A DNA stretch of 64,000 nt from Euglena gracilis (lineage: Eukaryota), in contig CP154954.1 of the NCBI GenBank assembly GCA_039621445.1, positions 30,322,395 through 30,386,394 on the forward strand. Reading direction: 5' to 3'. A program made the position numbers and the translations under genes. Within the stretch, counting starts at the first letter, position 1. Each line of letters begins with the position of its first letter. Below are positions 10,301 through 19,400 of this stretch, piece by piece. The notes under the pieces are model-generated. The model was given only the letters and a program-made list of their open reading frames with translations. It was not told the origin of the DNA and did no database searches.

Positions 10301-10720
10301 TCCAGACCAACCCTCCCCCAAAAAATCAAAAAACATAGTTTAATTTTCCTTCTGACACTTTTCACTTTGCGCTGGAAAATTTTGACAAATTTCGCCCAAA
10401 AAGTGTCCAAAATGACATGTTTGCCATTTGGGGTTAATTTTTTTTGGCCCGCCGCTTCGCGCTGGCCGAAAATCAGTCAGCCGGACTGCGCCACTGTTTA
10501 GGTGGGGGGGGCACCCCACCTCCCCCCTCCTGCACCGGAGGGGAGGTCCGACCCCCCCCCCCCCCCCCCCTTATATCAAACCCTGGGGGGGGGGGGGCAG
10601 CCCTCTCCAGAAGTTTCCCGCACGGCTGAGTGGAGAAGCCGCGGCCTGGAGCCGGCCCTGCGGGAAATCGGCTTTGATGTCTTTTCCATCGGCCGGACAA
10701 AGGCCCAGCGGTACAATTGA
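1285..10720 (+). CDS. UGDH: UDP-glucose 6-dehydrogenase, 5'-partial, spliced: join(~1285-1380,2141-2176,2343-2398,2885-2959,4677-4854,5193-5314,6091-6280,8973-9121,9376-9477,10654-10720)
   Basis: The joined exons give one open frame (1071 nt, ending TGA at 10718-10720) with colinear UGDH motifs: [62 protein letters not shown] (catalytic Cys), [40 protein letters not shown]. The N-terminal exons lie upstream of the window; the first exon start is approximate. Confidence 0.95.
1381..2140 (+). other. Nonconventional intron 1 (3+4 geometry)
   Basis: GAT-CAGGGTTTGAC ... GTCAATCCCTG-GTGT; 10/11 paired; no GT-AG. Confidence 0.85.
2141..2176 (+). CDS. UGDH: UGDH 36-nt exon ([12 protein letters not shown])
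   Basis: Supplies the conserved LSNP preceding EFLAEG; both flanking introns have terminal stems. Confidence 0.85.
2177..2342 (+). other. Nonconventional intron 2
   Basis: AGCACACCAGTGCTC pairs with GAGTGCTGACGTGCT (11 WC + 2 GU of 15); CAC at +4..+6, GTG at -8..-6. Confidence 0.85.
2343..2398 (+). CDS. UGDH: UGDH exon ([19 protein letters not shown])
   Basis: Conserved motif. Confidence 0.92.
2399..2884 (+). other. Nonconventional intron 3
   Basis: GAT-CAGGTATTATT ... AATAATGCCTG-GCGCT. Confidence 0.9.
2885..2959 (+). CDS. UGDH: UGDH exon ([25 protein letters not shown])
   Basis: Conserved motif, in frame with neighbouring exons. Confidence 0.9.
2960..4676 (+). other. Nonconventional intron 4
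   Basis: GCA-CAGCTGATTTTGG ... CCAAGGTCAGCTG-CCTCT (11 WC + 2 GU). Confidence 0.9.
3799..4202. mobile_element. MITE with CAG...CTG ends, nested in intron 4
   Basis: TIR CAGGGTTTGATATAAGGA / TCCTTATATCAAACCCTG; flanked on both sides by GTCCGGAC (8 bp, palindromic). Confidence 0.85.
4677..4854 (+). CDS. UGDH: UGDH exon ([32 protein letters not shown]...DSRIGP)
   Basis: Highly conserved central helix. Confidence 0.95.
4855..5192 (+). other. Nonconventional intron 5
   Basis: AAC-CGGGC ... GCCTG-GCCGG; short 5-bp stem; no GT-AG. Confidence 0.8.
5193..5314 (+). CDS. UGDH: UGDH exon ([24 protein letters not shown]...YWYSVV)
   Basis: Catalytic GGSCFQKD motif. Confidence 0.95.
5315..6090 (+). other. 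Nonconventional intron 6
   Basis: GAC-CACCCCTTCGCTGAGACA ... TGTTTCAGCGCAGGAGTG-GAAGC (15 WC + 1 GU of 18). Confidence 0.9.
6091..6280 (+). CDS. UGDH: UGDH exon ([10 protein letters not shown]...[15 protein letters not shown]...VHCY)
   Basis: Conserved C-terminal domain motif. Confidence 0.95.
6281..8972 (+). other. Nonconventional intron 7 (3+4 geometry)
   Basis: GCC-CAGGGACACGGTGCCAAG ... CTTGGCACCTATCCCTG-CCAT. Confidence 0.9.
7347..7602. mobile_element. MITE with perfect 8-bp TSD, nested in intron 7
   Basis: TIR CAGGGGTTTTTTTAG / CTTAAAAATCCCCTG; TSD ATTCCACA at 7339-7346 and 7603-7610; related copy at ~1-160. Confidence 0.9.
8973..9121 (+). CDS. UGDH: UGDH exon ([10 protein letters not shown]...[12 protein letters not shown])
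   Basis: DPKV and AHAIVV motifs. Confidence 0.92.
9122..9375 (+). other. Intron 8, nonconventional stem; a 1-nt shift reads GC...AG
   Basis: AGGGAAGTGCAA (9126-9137) pairs with TTGAACTTCCCT (9358-9369), 11/12. Confidence 0.85.
9376..9477 (+). CDS. UGDH: UGDH exon ([34 protein letters not shown])
   Basis: TEW and FDGR motifs. Confidence 0.93.
9478..10653 (+). other. Intron 9, nonconventional stem; overlaps an in-frame GT...AG alternative
   Basis: GGT-CAGGCC ... GGCCTG-GAGCC. Confidence 0.8.
9867..10585. mobile_element. MITE of the 3799-4202 family with secondary insertions, nested in intron 9
   Basis: Left end CAAGGTTCAATATACGGAGGG, right end CTTATATCAAACCCTG; G-runs of at least 8 on both flanks. 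Confidence 0.7.
10654..10720 (+). CDS. UGDH: UGDH last exon ([21 protein letters not shown])
   Basis: LREIGF..SIG C-terminal motif and stop codon. Confidence 0.9.
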
Positions 10721-10826
10721 GCACTATCCTTATCCATCTGCCCCTGATGGCGTCCGCTCATTCCGACGTCCCCTCTCACCGGACTGCCCCTCTCAGATGG
10801 GGAAGGCTGCATGTGTGTGGGTGTGG

Positions 10827-10831
<5 letters not shown>

Positions 10832-10858
<27 letters not shown>
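10832..10858. repeat. (TG)n microsatellite in probable UGDH 3' UTR
   Basis: Seen directly. Confidence 0.9.
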
Positions 10859-10861
<3 letters not shown>

Positions 10862-10928
10862 TGTCACAACAGAAATGTACTGCTCCTGAGAATTCCCCCT
10901 CCCCAGGCACCAAGTGGGGCTGGTTTTG

Positions 10929-11355
10929 CAGGGGGGGGAAATTGATATCCGCAATTTTTCCGCAATTTCCGCAATTTTTCCGCAATTTTTTTTGCATTTT
11001 TTTTCGCAGAATTTTTTCCCACCACCGAAGATGGAAGATGAGTTCAAGCCATTCTTCAAATGGATCAACAGGTGTGCTATTGTGTTTTGTCCCCCCCCCA
11101 GTTTACCAATTTTTCTCACAGGTGCACCACTGGTCACAGGATTGGGTGCGTCCTACCTGTGCAAGAACTTCAAGCGTGTTGATTTGTGCTCGCCTGCATC
11201 GACGTGGGTGTTGTGGTGTTCTGAACCTCACAATTGAAAAATTTCTAAGTCCCCTCAAGCAGAAATGTGTATATTCCGGATATCAATTTTTCCGCAATTT
11301 TCCACAGTTTTTCCGCAATTTTTCCGAAGGCCTCCGATATCAATTCCCCCCCCTG
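10929..11355. mobile_element. MITE with 7-bp TSD
   Basis: TIR CAG(G)nAAATTGATATC / GATATCAATT(C)nTG; TSD GGTTTTG. Confidence 0.88.
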
Positions 11356-13644
11356 GGTTTTGGACGGAAGGTCCCTACACTGCGGTTCCAATTGCGATTA
11401 CACTGTGATTTCCTTTGGACGTCCTTTTTTTGCATTTTCTTTCCAGAGGCTTGCAAATGCAATTAACCCCCCCCCCCAAATAATACCCCCCCCCCCCCCG
11501 GTTTATTATTTGGGCACCCGAAGTCGGGGTCCAGGGGGGTTTATTATTTGGGCAAAAATTTCGAAGACAAAAATTGACCCGAAAACCCCTCCACAGGCTC
11601 CAATGGTCACTTTTTTGGCATTTTGGGGCTTTTTTTTGAAAATTGGGTGCTTTTTTGGCAGGGCTCCATCAAATTTTTTTCCAAAGCGTTCAGAAAATTG
11701 GGGCATTTTCTAGAGGAATTTTGCAGAATGCGTATACCAGAACTAACAAAAGAGCAATAGTCCGACATGTTAGGGATATGGTGATCAAACACTTCCCAAC
11801 ACCGCACGGGATGGGTCTGGGTGGGGGGGGGGAAGTGTTTGCCAGACGAGGCACTCCAGGGCACCGCGAGCCTGAAAGTGGTCCCCCAAATAAGACCTGA
11901 CCCAAAATTTGGGCCAGGTCCCAAAAAGCGTCACTTTCCAGGTTTCCAAAAACACCCAAAATTTTTCATCTGTGCTCTACGCCATGTGTCAACATGTGTC
12001 ATGTGTGTTAAAAATTGAATTCCCCCAGTGTTGTTGTGCTTCAAAAGTGTCAAATAATTGTAATCCAGGAAAAATTTTCATCTCCAGCGCTTTGCACCGT
12101 CAGTGGGAGTCTGGAATTGGCGGGGGGGTTTTTTTATAGATTTTTTCTTTGTCGGCCCAGTGGGGGGGGGGCTTCCTTTTGGGGAGGTCTTACAGTAATA
12201 ATAGTGGGCATAATAGGACACCTGAAAATTGGTGGGTCAAACCTAGGGCAGAACGGGAATCGGCCAAACCGCCAGGGTGGTGGTGTGGGGGGGGGGGTCG
12301 ACTACCCCCCCCCCCTGCATTGGCGGTGGTGATGGTGTGCACACACCATCAGGGGGACCCTGGACCCCCCCCCCCCCCGGGGCTGGTGGCCAGGCCGGAC
12401 GAAGGGGTAAAGGGCACCAAAAAGGCAGCCACAGTGCACACAGGGGGCTGGCTGGTGGCTGTTTTCCCGTGTCCAGCAAAATGGCTAGCCAGTGGACCCC
12501 TGCCTCCCGGGGCTTAAGCAATGGCCTGACCAGATGGTCACCCCCGGCCGGGGGCTTAAGCAATGGTCGGTATATAGGGGTGGTCGGTGGACAAGAGGAC
12601 AGGGTGGGTACCCCCCCTTTGCCCAACGACCACCCCTAACCCCCGGTCGGGGGTTGTAGATCAGGGGGTGTGTATGACCGCCCCCCGTGGTCGGGGTTGT
12701 AGGTGACCTTGGGAAAACAGGGGTTTTTTCAGGTCAGGGTGTGTATGCCCCCCCCCCCCCGTCGGGGGTTGTAGGAACCCGGTCGGTGAGCAAAAGCACC
12801 TCGAAACTGACATTGACCCGGAAATTTTTGGTTTTGAGGACGGGCAAACACTCAGAACGCCGGTTCAGGTTGCCGCCTGAACCGGCGTTCTGGACACGTG
12901 TTTGCATCGAAGTCAGGGTCAAGATAAAATCCTTACCCTGACCCTACTCCTGAAATAGCCCAAAATTTTTGTCTGTTATCTCACGACAGACTCTCCCCCC
13001 AAAACCCTTGGGCCCGGAAGGGAATAGCCCCTTCTGAGGGCTTTGAGCGGATTCTGGGGTGACCATCCTGGGGGGTCGGGCTGACTTTGGGATGGGACAC
13101 GGACCTCTGGGTCGCTTCAAAAATGCCTGATTTTGCTTTAAAAATGAAACAGAATGCTCATTTTTTGAAATTTTTTGAACGCTCCTCATGCGGAAAACAC
13201 CAAACCATTAAAAAAATTGGCAATATGCTCAAAAATGAGGGAGGAAGTTGTTTTTTTGTTCATTTTCCGGCGCGCAGCGCGGGAAAAAATTGCCATTTTT
13301 GAAACCTGCTGAGGAGGGTCTGGATACACCCCAACATCCAGGGGGGGGGGTCGGCAACCCCCCACCGCCTGATTCGATACCGACGGGCTTCCCATCAATC
13401 CCTGTGGAGGTTTGGTTCTACATAAGGAGGGTATCACCCCTTCTTGACTGCCAGACCCCGCTGTGGCCGGACCCCACCCCAAGGTCAAGTTTTATTTAGG
13501 CGATTTGCACCGAAATAATTTTGGAAATTTTCGCAAGTTTGCCAAAGGTGCCCAAAACGGCATCTGGGTTGATTTTGGGGTTTCGGAAAAATTTTGGCCA
13601 AAAGTCGGTCATCTTGGCTGCATGTCTGTTTGTTTGAACCAGGG

Positions 13645-13884
13645 CAGGGCTGTGCGGGAATACCCGCAACCCTATGGGTGGTGGGTGGGGGGGGGTCGAC
13701 CAGTCCCCCTTCCTGGTGGTTGGGGAGGGGCCGACCCCCCCCCCACCAGGCCTTCCTGTATATCCAGGGGCGCTGATTTTTTGTTGAAATTGTCCTTCGG
13801 CGCCAAAGGAGTTTTTCCCTGCGCGGGTGCTGTGGTGGTTGGGGGGGGGTTCGACCCCCCCCCAGGCTTTCCTGTACAACCGTA
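13645..13884. mobile_element. Probable MITE
   Basis: Degenerate TIR CAGGGCTGTGCGGGAA / TTCCTGTACAACCGTA; flanks AACCAGGG / GACCAGGG (7/8). Confidence 0.5.
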
Positions 13885-15991
13885 GACCAGGGGATATATT
13901 TTTAAGGTGTAAATTTTCAAATTTTAAGGCGTTTTTCAGGGTTTTTAAAGGCATTGTTCCTGCTTGCCTTTTTTGGGGGCGATTATTGGACCTGTTGGAA
14001 CCTGAAGCTCAATATCCTCCCCCAATGGCTCTTTCCCGTGCTTCCCAGGACCAAGCCTTCCCCGTTCCATGCCCGCCTGTTGCTCCTCCGGGAACAACCT
14101 CACCTCCCTAGAACGATCTCCCAAGGTATCTCAGGTATCTCTGGTGATCAATCATTGGGGGTGGGTGGGAGAGGTCCTTGTGAAATTCCCATTCAGAGAA
14201 TTCTTCAGGCATCCTCATCAGCAGGATTCCACTTTGCTGTGGACCCCTATGCTCCCCAATCCAAATGTCGGCCGAAATGGATCTGAGGATTTGCCAAACC
14301 AGAGATCCAGACAAAGTTCTTTGGGGGTGCTGCAACGTCAGTCAGGTTGGTTTCTCCAAATGCCACACGATGCCTTGTGGCCGGGCAAGAAGATGTGTTT
14401 TGTACCAGGCTGCAATTTTTACTGTGTGTCAGCCGAAGACTGCCAAGCTGTGTCCGAACCGGTCACCGTAGTTGGCAGGCTGCTTCCGATCGACCGGCTG
14501 TTGCAGACAGGCGGCCTTCTCATTGGTATTTGTTCGATGGTGGGTTTGAGAGAACCGTTTGAATGCTGTGTCACAGGTAGCTTTGAGGACCAGAGGTCCA
14601 CCAGCCAGAACTTGCCAGCCAGAACTTGCCAACCAACCTCTAATTTTTTCCCCCTCTAGCTCTTTAATTTTTGACGCCTTTCTCAGGTAAATGCTCAAAC
14701 AGACTTTCTTTCATTTAGGGTGCCGCGGTGAAGTCTGCTGCGGCACAAAAAAAATTCCGCGGCGCACAATCAAATTTTTGCCGCGCACCCGCGGCGCACC
14801 TGAAACGCTGCCGCGGCGCACCAACAACGCACCTGCAGCACAGCAATGCCGCGGGGATGGCTATGCCGCGGTGCACGCAATGCACAGAAAGAAATCTTCT
14901 GCGGCACACACGGTCACAAAATTTCCTGTGCCGCGGCGCAGAAAAAAAAAATTCCGCGGCGCACTAAATGAAAATCTGTTTTCAAATGCACTTTTGACAA
15001 ATTTGAGGGAGGAGGAAAAGATGGAAGACTTTGGATTATACTCTGACTCCAACCCACCTGTGTCCCAGGGAGGTGGGGAGAGCATGGCCACCCGGACAGA
15101 GTTCATTTTCTCTCCACATGCCAATTTGTCTTCAATTACATTTGGTCTGAACAGGGTGAGCTGCAGACGCCCACACCAGGGGTTTTTTCAGTCTTGGACC
15201 CCCTCCTGGGGGGGGGGAGGGGGGGGTCCCTTGGACCCCCTCCTTTGGGGGGGAGTTGGGGGTTGGGGGTAGGGGCCGGTGGGTATTTCAGGCCAGCCCG
15301 GCATCGCAGGTCGGACCCATTGGGGGAGGTCCACAAGCCAGCTGGCTTGAAAAAAGCTGGCGGGGCCCCACCCTTCGACAACGAAGCAGGCTCAGAGCCA
15401 GAAAACTTGGGTTGCTGGAAAAAAAGCCGCTGGCCACCTTTTTAAAGGCCTTGGGGGGTGGGCTCAGACTAGAAATTTGGACTGGCTTACCCCCCCCCCC
15501 CGAGGGGGGGCTTGACCCTGGCTGGACCTGAGGTGGGCCGGCCTGGGTCGAAATCGGACAATTGCCTGAAAAATGACCTGCAAGACAGTTTTGAACGTCT
15601 GACAACCCCCCCCCAAAACGCCCAAGACACCCCCCAAGGCACCATTTGTGGCCATTTTTGCACACCCTTTCCAAAATTTTCGGTGTTTTGCGCCTAAAAT
15701 TTTGAGCTGGACCTTGCAAAAAGGGGCTGGCTGGCAGGGCCAGCACCCCCCTTGGGGTGCTGCTGCAGCTGGGCTGGGCCAAAATCGGGGCTGGCAGCAG
15801 CAGCCCCCCCTTCCCCCCCCCCCCCAGGGGGTCTTAAAGAGATGCATGCTGCTGGCTGGTGGACCCCCCCCAAAGGGCCCCCCATCTGGAGTTGAGCCAA
15901 GCTTCTACCAGGCTGAAACCTGGGAGGGGGTCTTGGAATGCCCTGGTGGTGGGCCAAAAAGTGCTCAAAGATGGCCTTTTCTGGGCTTATG

Positions 15992-16443
15992 CAGGGGGGG
16001 GGGAAATGCAACTTGCATAATTTGCATTTTTTTGCATAATCGGCTTTTCCCGAAATTTGCATTTTTTTGCATTTTTTTGCATTTTTTTGCATAAAATATT
16101 TTCCCCGGAAAAAATTTTTGTAGTTGGTTGCCATATGTTTGAATTTTTTTGCATATTTTTGCATTTTCTACATATAATATTTTGCCCTGGAAAAAATTTT
16201 TGTTGTTGGTTGCCATATTTATGGACTTTTTTGCATTTTTTTTGCATTTTTTTTGCATAAAATATTTTGCCCTGGAAATTTTTTTTGATCTTAGGCAGCA
16301 AAGCTCTGTTATAGTCCAGCTTTTTCTCAGGTTTTTCATGCAAGTTGCATTTTTTTGCATTTTTTTGCATTTTTTTGCATTTTTTTGCATTTTTTTGACT
16401 TGCATAATTTGAAGGGCCCAGTTGCATTTTTTCACCCCCCCTG
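15992..16443. mobile_element. MITE with 7-bp TSD and internal (TTTTTTGCA)n repeats
   Basis: TIR CAG(G)nAAATGCAACT / AGTTGCATTTTTTCA(C)nTG; TSD GCTTATG. Confidence 0.88.
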
Positions 16444-19400
16444 GCTTATGGCGCCGGAAGTGCCCTGGCCAAGTGCCCAGGCACTTTTGGCTCTGCCCCC
16501 CCCCACCGGGAGGTCGGATCTGGGTGCCTTGCTGCCCAGGCAGCCCCCCCAGGGTGGGGTCACACTGCCTTTAATCAGCCTCGCACCAAAAAGTCGAAGG
16601 CAGCTGCCTTCTACTCGGCCCCCAGGGGAAGGCAAGGGGGGGGGGTCGTATGAGGAACCCTGGTCCGATGTCGGGGGAAAGTCTGGGTTATTTCCGGGGG
16701 ATAGTTCCAACCGGATTCCCGGAGGATCACCATTTTTTAGCAAATTCGGAATTTGCGTTGAATTTTGGTAAAATTCCAAAAAACTGCGACCTAAGGACCA
16801 AACTGAGCCAGCATCCCCCCCCCCCCAGGGTTTTGAGAAAACCCCAATTGCAATAATTTTTTAGCTGAAGCGGAACTGCACAAAATTTTTTTCTTTCGAC
16901 CGAAACACCCACACACTCCTGGTAGATCGGGACCTCCTTTTGGAAGCCCAAAAACTGACCGTAAACATCTTTTGCAAAGTGAAATTCCTTCTGCGTTGAA
17001 AGAGATCTTCCACCCAAAAAAAAAATGCTTTGGGGTACCTGATGGAATAACGGAAACAAATGAAAGCCCTGCAACCCAAAGCTCTGCATCCCGCCATTGC
17101 TTTGTCTGTGCTTTGCTTACCATTAAATGCGATTGAACTGAACGATGTTTGCGAATTCAATTCCTGGATCACAGCATGTCCACAACACCCAACACACAAT
17201 TTTGATGGGCACATCTCTGGGCCTCCCAGTTTCACACCTTCATCAGCAGAGATGGGAGGAAGGCTTTGCTTTAAGGCGTAATTTCCACAAAGCAAGGTTT
17301 CTTTAAAAGCATTCTTTAAATTTTTTTCAGTGTTTTAATTATTTTTTTCAAATTCCATTTCAAAGAAAAGTTGAAGACCCCCCCCGAACTATATCTGCCC
17401 CGGTACCCTTTGGCACGGGGTAGAACATGCACCTTGGGCTCCGCACCTTGCCCTTTGTGAGGCCATGGCTTTTCGCCAGCGGTGTTGTTTGGATCGGCAT
17501 TAGTGCATTTTTCGCCGGAGTAAGCAGATTCCGAGTTAACCTTTGGCCACCCAGAAGACAGGAACAGACACCTCAATCTGGCCTCCATTGGCCTCTTGAT
17601 TTTGAATACAATGGCCTCCGTTGGCCTTCTGAGGGGAGGCTGCTTGCTGCATTGATGTGCAGCTCCTGAGGGGTTCATGTTTGAGAGAGCTGTGGGGTAA
17701 GTTGGACATACCTTTCCCCAGTGGCAGTTTTGCAGCATGAGCTTCTGGCTTCCATAGCCTTGCAGCTTGGCTCCCTGCCCTTGATGGTGATGATGGCTGC
17801 CATAGCCTTTTTGAAAAGGGTCTCCATGCCCTTGATGCCGTCCATTTTCCCTTGGAATATTCCCCCTGGGTGGGGGGTGGGGATGTGAAAACGGGGGGGG
17901 GGTAGTCTCCCGGACCTGTCTTCCCATTTCTTTCCCTCTGGGCTGTGGGCTACTGGTGTCTTTGTCTGCTCGACCTTCTTGCCACCACTGTCCAGGGTCC
18001 ATGGCCGTCGTTCAACTGTTGGAATTGAAATTTTTTGGGGGAAATGGAAGGTGGGGGGGGATGCGACAGCCAAGGACTGGCGCTCTGCTCTTGCCCCGTC
18101 ATCGTCTCCAGCGCCTGCTGCTCCTCCCTCTTCTTCACTTCAGGTTTCTTCCTTGAAATTCCTTTTAATGCCGCTTGAAAGTTTGGTTCCATGTTGGTTG
18201 CTCCGGCGCCTGCTGGACCTCCATCTTCTCCAGCTACTGCTGCCTTCGCTGGGGTTCTTTCTCGCTCCGCTGGGCCGCTGGACACCAGGTATGTTGCATC
18301 TTTCATGTAAATCAATATTTTCTTCCTCCGCTTTTCCTTATCGTCTGAATTGCTTTTTTGTCCTCTGTATTGATTGGTTGTTGCGGTGAGCGTTGTTGAA
18401 CTCGTTGAGTTGAAATTCTTTCTCCTAGGTCGAAGGGCAAAATTAGGAGTCAGCCAACTCCGGCAACAAAAAAGCAGTAAGAAGCACCTCCCACGCACAC
18501 ACAAACACACCAGAGCAGAGCAGCCGGCAAGGAAAGCAGGACCTCGCCATCTCGCAGTGCGGAGCCCGAGTGCTCCGGCCAGCCTGTACCCGACTTTATT
18601 TTCACTCGACCCCCGGGGGGGTGCTCCCAGCTGCTGGCTGGCTGAACCCCCCCTGGGGGTAGGGTGCGAGCAAGGCATGGCGTCACAAGGGCAAAGGGAG
18701 CATCAAGACCTCAAGGCCAGTGGAGGCAATTTCAATCAAAATCAGGAGGCCATTGGAGGCCAATATATGATTCAAAATCAGAAGTCCAGTGAAGGCCACT
18801 GCATTCAACATCACCACATCAGAGTGTACGTCCCGCCATTTCTCTTTCGCTTTTCCCTTTTCCCCGAAAAGGCGCGGGAGTAACAAAATATAAAACTTAT
18901 AAACCCTTTGTCCTCTTATGCAGAGCACAAGGCAAAGGGAGAGAAGGTTTTGTTTTGGGACCCGAGTCCCTTTTCTGTTGTTCTTGTTGACCTCTTCGGG
19001 TCTTGATAAAGAGAACAAAAATAATTGTAAAGATTGGGGTCTTCGCCCCTCAAAAGAAAACCTACTTACAAAACCAACCCAATAAAACCTCAAGCTAAGT
19101 AGGAACCAAGTGTTTCTTATTCTGCAAGAGAATTCCCTAACTGGGACGTCATCACCAGTTAGCGCAGAATCACCTAGCACTGTGTGCAGCTGGCCAAAGG
19201 CCAGTTAACAGGCATTCGCCCTTTGTAGCACACAATGTCATGGCATCATGGCTGCCTGGTACACATCCCCCTCCCAGGGCTATGCCCGATTTCCCTCCTG
19301 GACCAGGCCAGTCGGGATGCCAGGCACAGTCCTGTGTGGGATGGGCACCAGGAACCATGCTTGGTTCCAACTTACCTTAGGGTATAATATGTCACCCAAA

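Noticed and set aside
1285-10720. UGDH as a TE-shattered pseudogene
   Set aside because: The joined exons have no stops or frameshifts, and every interruption has the same stem geometry
13960-14660. Coding-like stretch (ORF 14069-14659)
   Set aside because: No recognisable motif in the frames examined
17300-18400. Possible decayed gag on the minus strand (two knuckle-like remnants near 17400-17510)
   Set aside because: Requires frameshifts and lacks terminal Cys residues; too weak to call
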